Assembly: GCA_002633005.1 (NCBI GenBank)
Contig: NMRA01000571.1
Coordinates: forward strand, 143,299 to 207,298
DNA: 64,000 nt
Origin: Phoronis australis
Lineage: Eukaryota > Animalia > Phoronida
Reading direction: 5' to 3'
Under the pieces are notes generated by a model. That model ran no database searches. It saw nothing but the letters and a program-made list of their open reading frames with translations, and had not been told where the DNA came from. Position 1 is the stretch's first letter, and each line of letters starts with the position of its first letter. The position numbers were made by a program, and so were the translations under genes. Of this stretch, positions 38,529 through 50,760 are shown one piece after another.

Positions 38529-40487
38529 ATGGCGCTTTCGGAAAAGGTCGAAGAGCTGAGCAGAATGCTTGAGTGCCCAGTATGTCTTGAGCGAATGACC
38601 AGTCCCAGAATTCTACCATGTTTACACTCCTTCTGTGAGAAATGTCTGGGGCAACACATGAAAGAGAAGGAAACTAACGGGCAGTTTCCCTGTCTAGTCT
38701 GCGCCACCGATTACCATGTTCCTGAAAACGGAGTACTTGGAATCCGAAGAAATACTTCCTTGTTTGAAGTAAGCGAGCTATTTCCCGACAAGAGTGAAGT
38801 GTATTGCGAGGTCTGTAACCTTAGTGTTTCTCAAAACGCAGCAGTTGCCACGTGTCTGCAGTGTAAAGATCATCTGTGTCAAGAATGCTCTCAGTACCAT
38901 GGCAAATCTAGAGCTACTGCTAGCCACCAAGTTGTCAAGTTGGATGAAATAAGAAGCGGGCGTCATCTCGAGAAGTTTTGGCAGTCTCAGAAAACGCTCT
39001 GTGATGTACACAAGGACAAAGCAATCAAGATATACTGTGAAGATTGTGAGAAACCGGTATGTTTGCTGTGCAAGGCTCTAGACCACGATCAGCATAAGAT
39101 GAAGAACATAGAAGATGCGACGAAGAATGCACGCGAGGTCATAAGAAGTATGATGGAACCATGGAAGAAGGCTGCAGAGCACTCAGAACTGTTGTGCAAA
39201 GAACGGAAGAATATCGCCGACAACATGGATAACCTGGAAAGCGAGGCCATCTGAACTTCGACGAATCTTCACTGATTGCAAAAGTAAAGTTCTGAGTGAT
39301 ATGGAATCAGAGCAGGAAAGCGCTCTCAAGGAGTTGATGAAACAAGTCCAACTCGCGCGGAAACCGGTCGAGGAAGCGTACAATCACGGCGACCTCATGC
39401 GCGTGAAAATCACAAGTGCTTTAAAGTACGCCGACAAAGTTCTTGGTCCGACCTGAATGTGCAGATATTGCACCAGTTTTCAATCATTAAAAACCGTTTT
39501 GAAGAATTAAGTTTCCAAGAAGTCGACACTTTTGTCAAAAAGCCAGTGATTTCTTATCATCCAGAAGAGTTACCCGTTTCTGATATGAAAATGGGTATTG
39601 TCACCAACTTCGAAACTCTTGAATTAAAGTCCAAATTTACTGAGCGCGTATCACGAATACCCCTCGACAATGCCTCAAGATTGTGCTGCTACAACACACA
39701 GCGTATCGGGGACATAGGGAACAATTTCCAGTGGTTTGCAGCCAATGACGAATGGTTCGTCGTGGGTAACTTCTGTAACAACAGAGGATCCGTTAAGGTG
39801 TTTGATAAAACCACTGGTCGCTTCCTGATGGAGCTGCAGCAAGATGACCACCAAATTGCAGCTATGTCAGATGTGGCATGCGCCAAGTCCAACATTTTCG
39901 TCGTCGACAACAACGCACGAGGCGTAGTAAGGTATGATGTAAAGTGTCACGTGGTAAAGGTCAGTCAGAACATTTATCAGTCAAGGGCATACATTGCATG
40001 CCAGAATAACCAATTGGCTCTTTCGGACCTTAATGATGGACGTCTTCTGATCATGGACTTCGACAGCAATGTCAAGAAGGTGATTGATACAGCAGCTCTG
40101 GGGCTGGGCGCTTTCCAGCCACGGAATCTTTGCTTCCTTAATAACAACGAAGTTGTTGTCATAGATGAAAGCTGTAATCAATGCCACGTGATCAACTTTC
40201 GAAAACCGTGCATTGTTCGAACACTGCCGCTTGGAGGAGACGTGCGTAGCGCCGTTGCTGTTGATATTGATCTCTGGGGAAACATACTATTGTGCGATTG
40301 CAGTTACCACAGGGTTGTTTTACTGAAAACCCCCACTGGTGATCCTTGTATTTCTGTCGCTAACCCGGAGCTAACTTATCCGTCGGGATTGGTGGTATTT
40401 GCTCCTGGAGAGTTCGCTGTTTTGGAACGTCAAACTGGCAATATCAAGATTTACGAATACCTCTCAAAGGGTACCGTTGCCAACTGA
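38529..40487 (+). pseudogene. TRIM-NHL-like copy 2, disrupted by -2 and -1 deletions (or assembly indels)
   Basis: Collinear with copy 1. ATCTCTGAT becomes ATCTGAA (stop at 39252-39254) and CTTGGGTCC becomes CTTGGTCC (~39446). Same ttcag acceptor just before the ATG. Confidence 0.8.
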
Positions 40488-42849
40488 ACTATGGCATGAA
40501 TCAATATCTATAGACTGCGTGGGTGGTGGGATTGATATGAATGCTAATTGAACCTTTTTTCTCCCTTTCTCTGGAAGAATTGATTGTGCATGTATTTCTT
40601 ATCGCGCCTTTTGCAGAGTTTAAATGTAGGATGTTATAGCAATATTTAAAATAGGCCGGAGTGTTTGCACATTGCACCTGGGTTTAAGAAATTGATGTTG
40701 ACTGAAATGTTTTTGGCGTCAATTTAATCAAATGTCAGTGCACTTGTATTTGATGGTCCTGTAATGTTACTAAATTTCTGTGGCAGTACATGTTCCAGAA
40801 AACGTACATATTTGAAAAAATTATTCAAACCGAGATATGCAAATTGATGGAATGCACAATTACTGTATCACACGCGTTGTGAGGTCGTTTGTAAAGATAT
40901 ATACATAAATGTAGCCTGGTTTAGGGAACCCAAGCGGTACGACTCCTCTCCGGCCACGACCAAAAGAAAACGTGGCATACTGTTCTATCACAAACGGTAG
41001 TATTTTTGACTCAATGGTTCTTCGTGATATCAGAGATCGTTCAGTAAGATGAACGGATTACATCAGTGCTGTGATGCATTCATGCCTATTAAGTGATTGG
41101 AGTATTGTAATCGGAAACTTGATGGACGAGTTACTTGATTTGTAGAATAGCTGTTGGTTGTGGCTAAATAATAAATCTGCTTGCGTCTAGCAAATCTTTT
41201 TGTTTTCTTGTGGTAAGTTTTTGTCCATTTAACAAACCAAAATATAGCGGAATAACAGATTTCCTTTCGTGTAGTGACTTTGACGAACACCTTGTGGCGA
41301 CCTATTACGGAAGTGAAGTAATTGTTGCAGTGGAGATGGAGAGGCGAGGTAGAGAGTCGGCGGCCACAAGGAACGCAAGGTAGAAAGAGATGATTTGATA
41401 CGTGATGAGGTGTGATTCAATCAGGCGACCTCTGGTAGCGGGATGAGTCGGTGAGAACTGGTTAGGGGTGACTGTAATTGAGTGTCGGCAAACGGTCATC
41501 ATTTTTTCCTGTGTGGAAACGATATTCTTGGCACTGGAATCTGAGCTTGAAAGATACAATACTGTCAAGAAAAAACGAGAATAACCTGCTTCAGCTAGTC
41601 ATTAGTTTCAAGCTGAGGAAAGTTTTTGCTGAATTGGTTTCAGCTTGTGAAGAAAAGATGGAAACTAAAATTTAGGACAAATTGATCTTGTCTTTGCCGT
41701 TGTTTCCGGCTTCCCTCGTAATTGCAGTGACGAATTCATTCACACCAATGGTAAACCAATCGTTCTCTTTGTCACGGACTTATGACGGAGTCGGGGTAGA
41801 GTCCAATTAAAAGCAAAACTTCGCGAGATTACGAGAGATATTGTCCATTTTGAATGAAAACTCGTGATTTTGGTCATAGTGTTGGTCCTAGTGTTACTGA
41901 ACTCAGTGATGCGGACACAACTGCCTTTGACAGACTCTCCCACGGAGAGAAACAGCTTAATGGTGGCATTTGTTGTGTTACTTTGACACCTGTTGCGCAA
42001 CTCACCTACAGACATATCTACGAATCCATACACGTAGTATGCGATGAGTAAATAATTCCTTTTAAACTTCCCAGAAAAAATACAGACTTCCTTACATCTT
42101 AGTGTGTAGTAATCTCTAAGAACAATGGAATCGGTTCAATGAGAGTCGGACTTCAACTACCTTTGACGGACAAATAAAGAAAGTGAAGACTGGGGATATT
42201 GTTTCAATAAGGAATTTGTTATGCGTTTGTACAGGGTAATTTTCAGTTCCCAAAACAGGCCTCAAACTTTTGCTAATACTTTCGATAATTCACGAACTTC
42301 AAATATTCAAAAATTGTAAATTTTATTGAGTTAATGGGGATGATGAGTGTTTTTTAATGTTAGTGTTTTCGGAGGGTATCCCTTTCGTTCGTTGAATTTA
42401 GTCCAAGGAAACATAAGGAGAAGTGAGTGTGTGTCAAGATGACTTAGTTGAGCTGACCAGATAGTCTAAGTAACAAAAAAATCTTACCACCATAAATTCA
42501 AGCACCTTTTCATTAGGTGTTACGAATGTCCCCCATTAGCAACTAAATACGACTCGGTGTGTCTTAACCAAATTGAAAAACGCGCTGCTACTTAATTATA
42601 ATACATGTACAGAAGTAACGACTTTCTGGCTTTGAATACACAACAGAAATGTGCATTTGTAAGATACATCTTCATGTTTTCCAAGGATGTTCAGTACATG
42701 TAATAGCACCTGGTTATTTTATTAGCTTGTCCGTCTCCTTGGCAGCCAATGCCTTAGACAGTATCAGCGTCTCAATCAACTGGTCCCTAATAGAGACGGT
42801 GTCCGTCCCATAGGCCCTTCGAATGTCGAAAACTTTTATGCGAGTTATG

Positions 42850-44060
42850 TCGACTCCAACTTTCTAATAAAAACTTAACCTCAGTCATTCTTGCAGTGAA
42901 GTTCTTACGCATCATCCACTATCCAAAAGAGTGTCAAAATCCACCCCCAAAAAATCTAAGTTTTTTGTCTAAGACATGCTTTCTTTTGTAGGAAACACAT
43001 CACTACCAGTTTTACGTCCAAACCATTTGGCTTTTGTTTTATGCAGTCACTTGGAGACCGGAAACACTAGCAAACAAATGTAATACTATCAATGTGCTAG
43101 TCAATGGCAAATTCGACCCATCCAAAATAATTGATGTGTCGTCCGCATATTGCAAAATCAAATATTCATTATTTCCAGCAACTACACCTGTAATGTTTTT
43201 ATTATTCTTGATTAAATACGCCAAAATCTCTGCGCACAATATGATAATGTAGGAGACAAGGTGTCACCTTGTCTGCAACCACGCGAAATATATGAACCAG
43301 GAAGATGGGTGACCATTTACTATAACACACGAAAAAAACTTTTACCCACCTTCTGATCGACCAACCAAAGTCAAGGAATTGTAAAGGGTTTAATAAAATT
43401 ACACGACAATGAATCAAAGGCTTTCTCAAAATCGATCAGTAAGAGCAATTCTGTTTGTTAGACGACTGGGCATAAAACATTAAATCATATAGCACGTGGA
43501 TATTTTTGTTCATATTTCTTCCAGAAACGGAACCTGTCTAGCCCTTACTGATTAGTTTTCCCAAAACAGATTTTAACCGTTTAACCACAGCCGAGGAAAA
43601 CAATTTATATGTCACATTGGGTTAGGATATGGGTCGCCAGTTAATCAAATAATGTTTACTTCTATCTGCCCCCTTTGGGATGCGGGTGATCACTTCCTCT
43701 TTCTCTGTTGATAATAACTGACCAACAGCAAAACCAGTATTAAGTAAGCGAACAACAAAATGTCCAATGTCAGCCAAAAATTTAAGAAAACAATCGAAGT
43801 CTGGGCTCTTGTTGTTTTTCATTTTCTCAAGCATTCTTCATATGTAAGAAGACCTAATTTATCTTTTTCTGTTTCATTCAGTTTTGAGATACAAACCTTA
43901 TCAAGAAGAGTTTCTAAAGCAGTATTGTTAGAATTTCTTTATTTATAGAGATTTTCATTAAACGTTTTGGTTTCCTAAATAATCTCTTCTTCGCTATTGA
44001 TTTTAGTATTGTCAATTTTCGTAGATAAAAAACCGTTTCAAAAATCCTTAAATAAATAAA
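42850..44060 (-). mobile_element. Degenerate L1/Tx1-clade LINE reverse transcriptase fragment
   Basis: Fragments NNKSP.., IPKG..NWRPIS, LLIDFEKA.FDS, RQGD, QYADDT appear in order, with stops and frameshifts. Confidence 0.85.
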
Positions 44061-46736
44061 ATTAAACTCATTGCTTGAAATGGTTGTCTTTGCGCTTCCT
44101 TGGTGTTTTTAGTTTCCAGTAGTATTGCGCATTGAATTTTTGTTCTTCAAAACTGAATTGCTTGCTTGTTCTGATTCGCGTGCCCGTCATGACTGACGTA
44201 TCCACATTGAAAATAAGATGTAATCATGCGGTAGGCCCGCCCAGATCTCAGTTATCCACGGGAACCGAATTTGAAATCCAGGCGTTCAGAAAGTGTGTAC
44301 ATCTTTGGGACACACTATCCTTTTCCCAACCAACAGAAACTAGACTATCGGACGCGTTTCAACTATGCATTTTGAAACAGCCCCAAAGGCACTATACCAG
44401 AGATTTCGGGACCTCACCTTTTCATAAAACCTCGTCAAAGAATGACCATAATAAAATAAAGTTTCCCGAGACTGGATTAGTAGAACGAGTGCAGACGGCC
44501 GATACGAGCTACCTGTCTCAAGTGAATCACAACTGAGCTGCTGGGCTGTAGTGGTAAAATTAGAGGTATGCAAAAATCGTCTATAAGTGTACTTTACTAT
44601 TCGGGGATCGGATTATAGAGTTTTGCCAAATTCAGGCTACAATTAAATTCACTGAAACGTCATCAATTATTACAAGATTAGCTTCTAGTTGTCAAAAATC
44701 ATCTATGAATCTGTCGATTTTCGTAGACATACAAACAAGTAAATCAAAAGCCAACGAATTTGTTTATCAAAACGGAATGTTATAAGCAAAAGTTCCGCAT
44801 GCGTGCTTGCAGATTTTTGACGGGTAACCGGGGGAATATTGGAGGTGGGACATTCGTATTAAGTTGTATTTCTGCTCATTTCAGAGGTACCTATAACGCT
44901 TCACGAGGTAAACTTGAATTCCACTGACAAAGAAAAAACGCTGAAATCTTTGTTTGTGATTTAGAGAATTCTTTGAGAACCCTCTTTCGACATGTACACG
45001 GTCATCACAAATAGTAGCCTAGACAGGAGTGTTTCCCATATGTGGGTATTCCTTACCAACAACTCATAGTAACCATCTTCAAAAAGTTACTGTTCTTGTG
45101 ATACTACGGGAAACAGTAACATTATTTCATGGCTAACCATTAGAAATAGTCCTTTTGTGTAATTTACAAATAGGGGTCTTCACGTTCTTCAAAATTCCAA
45201 CCTTTCGAAGGCGACAATCCTACTCACGGTATTTTTTCACGCACATTTTTGGTTGTTTGGATCAAATGGTTGTGCTGTGCACGCATGTTTTGTTTTTGAT
45301 GAATTTGGATACTCAACTTCCATTGTGAGTACTTGGCAGTGTTGCACTAACATGTATAGAGGGACAATAGGACATTTCTCCCGGAACTACTCCACCGAGA
45401 GAGAGTACCGCCTGAAATGGGACACCTTAAGGTTAAACATCATTAAGATTGGAAAAAGGGTGATAGTGCATTCCACCGTCATTTGGTCCCAAAATGATAC
45501 ATGGAGTAACCTCCTTCGACATGACAGCCGGTTGCACCATTTCACAAAAAACAGAAAAATAGAGGTAATCGATTCCAACATTGGGCCCTTTCTCCATGAG
45601 CTACCCCTTGTCAATAAAAACACAAATAGGGTGTCCACTTGAATGTCATCAATGGCCTCCTTCAAGAGCGGGATCCCTAAATATAAATAATATAAAGAGT
45701 TTCAACTATCAGGAAATGCGCAGCACTTTCCGTTACCTGTCAGGTCATCAATTTTTTTCAAGTAACAGTTTCGAGAAAAATTATAAAGCGAAAGTTGCCT
45801 CCGTTATCCCTTGCCAGAGAGGAGTATTTGGAAAAATATTGCTTTCGCAAAATAAGAATTTAAAAATCCAGTAAATTAGTACGCTCTGTAAAAGCTTCGT
45901 TTTACAAATTTTCTCGATTTTTTGAAATATATATATATGATTGATTTCGTGCACGTTTTCAAGTGCGTTTAGACGACCTGTGCTGCAAAAGCAGCGACCC
46001 TAACGACAATGTCCGGGCCAGGGTCCTCAAAAGGTAAACCATGCACGGATGCAGAGTTGTTAAGTGTTCTCTTGAATTTTCTTTCTTTTCCGTATTTCAC
46101 ATTCTTTGTTTTCTCGACTGTCCCCGGCCCCACGCCTACATGTATGTCGGTTGCCACGTTTAAACCTGACGCCTGAAAATTTTTTGGGACCCCCCGCTTC
46201 CTACGGCCCTGCATTGTGCTTGTTGCAGGCATGTCCAACGTTGTATTGAGCTACTGCGTTCAAAATCTGCAATCAGTATCAGAGCCGAAACTGAGCCGCG
46301 ATTCGGTCAGCTGGTGGGTCCGTTGTTGTCCCTTGTAACCACCCATTGGCGACAAATGTAGGTGGAATCGAGTCCCTCTGTCAATTGAGACCTCTCAACT
46401 AGATTCTAGCAGCAATCCTCTAAACTCCAGTCCCGGGACGGCAAACACCACACCCGCTGTAAAAATTCCCAGTGTCACACTCTTATTCAATTCATTGAGA
46501 GTATCCTTTCAGAGAAGCTGAAACGTGAAAACGTACGACTTAAAACCCCACTGTTGCAATGCTGACATGCACACAGTCTAAGCCACGAAATTCCTGCTCA
46601 CCAATCTAGCACTTTCGAATTTCTAAAGAGAATGAGAGCAGGAGGGGGAGGTAAATCAGCCATGTTTAAAGCCAACAACTCGGGCCACCGAGGCTGACTA
46701 AATTTTCATCTGACATATTTCACACAAACAGACAAC

Positions 46737-48694
46737 ATGGCGCTCTCCAAAAAGATGGATGACCTTAGCAGAATGCTTGAGTGTCCAGTATGCCTGGAAC
46801 GAATGGCGGATCCAAGAATTCTGCAATGTCTACACTCTTTCTGTCAAAAATGTCTCGGAAAGCACATGGTTGAAAAAGAAAAGCATGGAAAATTTCCTTG
46901 TCCCGTCTGTTCCACGGAGTATCAGATACCGGACAAGGGTGCGACGGGCATAAAGCGCAACACATTTCTCGATGAAATCAGCGAGCTATTTCCGGAAGAA
47001 AGTGAGCAAAAATGTGACGTATGTAAACAGAGAGATTCCAGTGACGTTCAAGCAGTGTCGGCGTGCCTCCAATGCAAAGATCATCTGTGCATGGAGTGCT
47101 CACAATATCACGAAAGAACAACAGCCTCGGTGAAGCACAAGGTGGTGAAATTACAGGAAATCAAAAATAGCCAGCATTTTGAAGAGTTTCGGCAATCCCA
47201 AGAGAGCCTTTGTGACGTACACAAGGACGAAGCTATCAAGATATATTGCGAAGACTGCATGCCGGAGGCCGGTGTGTTTGCTTTGCAAGGCTCTAGACCA
47301 CGACCGCCACAAGACAAAAAACATCGACGACGCGGCGCAGAATGCTTGCGAGGTCATAAGAACCATGATGAAACCATGGAAGATGGCTGCGGTCCATTCG
47401 GAACTGTTGTGCCAAGAGCGACAGAAAATCATAGATAGCATGGACAACCAAGAAAGTGAAACACAAGAGAAAATTAGACAAATCTTTGGCACATACAAGG
47501 ACAAGATTCTCACTGACATAGAAACGCAGCAGGAAGCCACTCTTGGGGAATTCAAAGACCAAACATGCAAAGCACGTAAAGTTGCCGAGGAAGCATATGA
47601 GAAAGGAGACCTAATGCGAGTACGAATCACTAGTGCTTTGAAGTACGCGGAGAAAGTTCTAGGGTCGGAAATGAATGTCCAAATTTTGAACCAGTTTTTG
47701 ATAATCAAGAACAGATTTGAAGATATGAACGAGCACGATGTTGACATCTTCGTCAAGAAGCCCGTGTTCTCCGTACAACCGAGCCAACTTACGGATTTTC
47801 CTGACATCCGGGTAAGTCCCGTATTAGACACCGAATTCCGTGAGGTGAAAAGTGAGTTCAGAGAAACTGTATCCCGACCTCCTCTTGACAGAGCACTTAA
47901 GGTGTGCTGTTACAACACCCAACGATCCGGCGAGACACAGTGGAACTGCATTTCGCTGTCTTTGAATGATAAATGGATTGTACTCGGTGACAGCGCGAAC
48001 AGGAAGGTTAAAGTATTCGATAAGTCCTCGATCGGGCAGATTTCGCTTAGAAGTGAAACAAGACAAACACGCAATCGGAAAGATTTCAGAAGTCGCATGC
48101 AGCAAATTCGCCATCTTCGTCGCCGACGACAATATACGAGGAGTGGTAAGGTACGACGGAAGTGGTCACGTGACAAAGGTCACACAGAACCTTTATCAAG
48201 CCAGGGGATACATTGCATGCTACAATAACCAGTTGGCTCTGTCCGACCTTAATGCAGGACGCCTTTTGATAATGGACTTTGACTGCAACATCAAGACGGT
48301 GATTGATAAAGCATCCTTGGGGCTAAGTTCTTTCCAACCACGAAATCTGCGTATTCACACTACCAAAGAAGTGGTCGTCATTGATGAAGGTCAAAACAGA
48401 TGCCACAAGATCAATTACCGGACACCTGCAATTGTTCGAACAGTGACATATGGTGGACAAGTATGCAACACTCGCGGCGTTGATGTCAATCTTTGGGGAA
48501 ATCTCCTTGTGAGTGACCAAAGTAATAACAGAGTTCTTTTACTGAAAAGTCCAAACGGCGAAGTCCAGATCCCTATCAGCAACAATGAAATAGCGCAACC
48601 ATCAGGTTTGGTTATGTATAGTCTAGGAGAGGTAGCTGTACTAGAATACGCGACTAGTAATATCAAGGTATTTGAATATCTGTCGAAAGTTTGA
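46737..48694 (+). pseudogene. TRIM-NHL-like copy 3 (more divergent), disrupted by two 4-bp insertions
   Basis: ORFs 46737.., 47179.. and 47966.. join into a full RBCC-propeller protein after removing ATGC (47259-47262) and ATCG (48031-48034). Confidence 0.85.
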
Positions 48695-48743
48695 GCACCG
48701 CCGCAGCCAACGTCCAAGGCCTGAGTCATTATTGTTGCTCAAT

Positions 48744-48878
48744 CACGGGCGGCGCAGCACTGAAATAAGTAGGGGATCTGTAGCCCGCTAGCCCCCTTTG
48801 GTTCACGCCGTAGGCCTACATACCCACGGGCGGCCCATGATGCACTGAGGGAAAGCCCCCCATTGTGCTCCGCCCATG
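48744..48878. mobile_element. Small hAT-like non-autonomous element
   Basis: Imperfect TIRs CACGGGCGGCGCA and TGCTCCGCCCATG; TSD not clear. Confidence 0.4.
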
Positions 48879-49098
48879 CCTATGCTTTGGTTCAAATGAA
48901 GACGGCGACTGCTCTTCGACGCCAAGCTTAGAAAATGATAAGACATGGTAATTGCAACAACCTGGCTTATTCCGATCAGCGCCGAAATGCCCAATAATTT
49001 GATAAGCAACATAAAAATAAGAGGGTTTTTAAATACACCGTTAACAACATTTTCATTTCAAACTAAGGCTTGGAATACAGTCCCAACGCTTCTTAGTT

Positions 49099-49236
49099 CA
49101 GGGGCGGATCCAGGAAATTAGTTAAGAGTATTAGCCAGGATTTTGGCAGTCAGACATTCGCCGCACGGCCCCCCAATTGCCAAATGAAATCTGGGAGAGT
49201 TTAGGGGGACATGGCCCCCCTCTGAATCCGCCACTG
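49099..49236. mobile_element. 138-bp hAT-like MITE with 5-bp TSD
   Basis: TIRs CAGGGGCGGATCCAG and CTGAATCCGCCACTG; TAGTT at 49094-49098 and 49237-49241. Confidence 0.75.
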
Positions 49237-50179
49237 TAGTTATTCATGTAATTGCTAATTAGCCGCCGTCGATGCATCAGTCAGCATCACTGGTAGTAAA
49301 GGCTATTTTGTGACACCTACATCATAACGCTAAATCGTCGAGAGTTGGTATATGGTGCAACTCCGGACGGTCTGGGGTCAACAGAAAACATCAGTTCAAC
49401 TGTGAGTCTACAACAATGTGGTAATCGATAGTAGTTCTACTAGCTGCGACAGCTGCAGGCGGGCGGACCAAAAAAAAAACCAGGGTATCACAGTGATCGA
49501 AATGCGCGTTTACGCTTGTTTAGTGGACTTTTGTCTTATTTTCTCGGATCTTTTGTTTCTCGGAGGCGAACCTTTTTACCCACTTCGCCAAATGGAGGGG
49601 GGCTCAAAATAAGGTGGATAAATCAGTAGAGTGTGAGACCCCTGAGGTCCCTGTCAAGTCCTCACCGGCGACAATTCTATGTTATGATACCGCCGTCAGA
49701 TATGTAGCCTCACTTGTTCTAAGACGTCAGGTAGACAGTATGGGCCAGAAGACAAATCACACACCGCTTTCAATGAGCGTTCACAAAGCCGTCCTACATG
49801 TATCAGCAGTGTTACGAGTAACTGGACTAATAATTAATATGCAAAATGTTATTCTGGCTGGTGAACCACATGCGACCACTATGGGAGAACAGAGCCTAAC
49901 CAACAAATGACGTCATTGAGCTACATGTTGGTATTTCCCACGTTAAGGAAGCTGATTCGCTGTACGACGTTTCAGTTGTGTCGAACGACTCGACAAGGCA
50001 CTAGACCAAACCTCAAACGAGCGTTTACATTGTAAAGTTAGTTCAGACGGCGATCTGCGGCATGTGAAGGCACCAACGAAAGACTAATATAAAAGCCAAC
50101 CGCGCCAGTCGGGCCAACGAAGCATTGTGCTTTGTCAGTGGTTGGCAATGTTTCAAACTTTTTTACGGATGTCTTTTAA

Positions 50180-50760
50180 AGGTACAATGTCGGTTTTTAC
50201 AGTCAAACACACTTGTGGGGTTATTGTTGGCTGGCTTCAAATTATTATCCTTGAATAGAACAACAAAGCAAATGAAATCTCTTGGTTTTTTTATTTGATT
50301 ACAAATCGCCATATTCCCGCCGATATCTGCCATTCGCTGAAATCATGGCCGGAGGCTTTACCAGTTCAATACGCTCAGAATATACTCTCGTCGGGCGATT
50401 TAGCCGTTAACTGGGTGCGACCGTGAAAATTCCTGGATCGAATCCGTTGCGAAGCCGATTCCACAAAAAATTCGTGCCGATAAGAACACATTTTAAAAAT
50501 CACAATATCGGTGAGTAGAGTTGTTTTCCGTGATCTGCCCAAAACGCGGAATTGAACTCCCACCAACAGCGGTCGCGCATAATCTAAGCATATTGAATTG
50601 GTAGTCACACACTGGCCTTCATTATTGAGAGAGGATTGTCGATTGGTAGTGAAATTACAAAAAACAGCGGATTTTGTTGTTTTTACTTCAACTTCGAGAA
50701 GTCAATCGTATCCAACAATACCTAAAATCCATTTCCGGTCACAAAACCGAACATGTACCT
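50180..50760. mobile_element. 581-bp non-coding Kolobok-type element
   Basis: TTAA at 50176-50179 and 50761-50764; short imperfect TIRs AGGTACAATGTCGGTTTT and AAAACCGAACATGTACCT. Confidence 0.7.

Noticed and set aside
41229-42051. Short ORFs downstream of TRIM copy 2
   Set aside because: No recognisable protein motifs in any frame I examined.
44540-44580. GCTGTAGTGGTAAA A-box-like motif as a tRNA or SINE
   Set aside because: No B box at suitable spacing.
30341-48729. Numerous 60-230 aa ORFs antisense to or overlapping the TRIM and Academ ORFs
   Set aside because: These are shadow ORFs of real coding sequence with no independent motifs.
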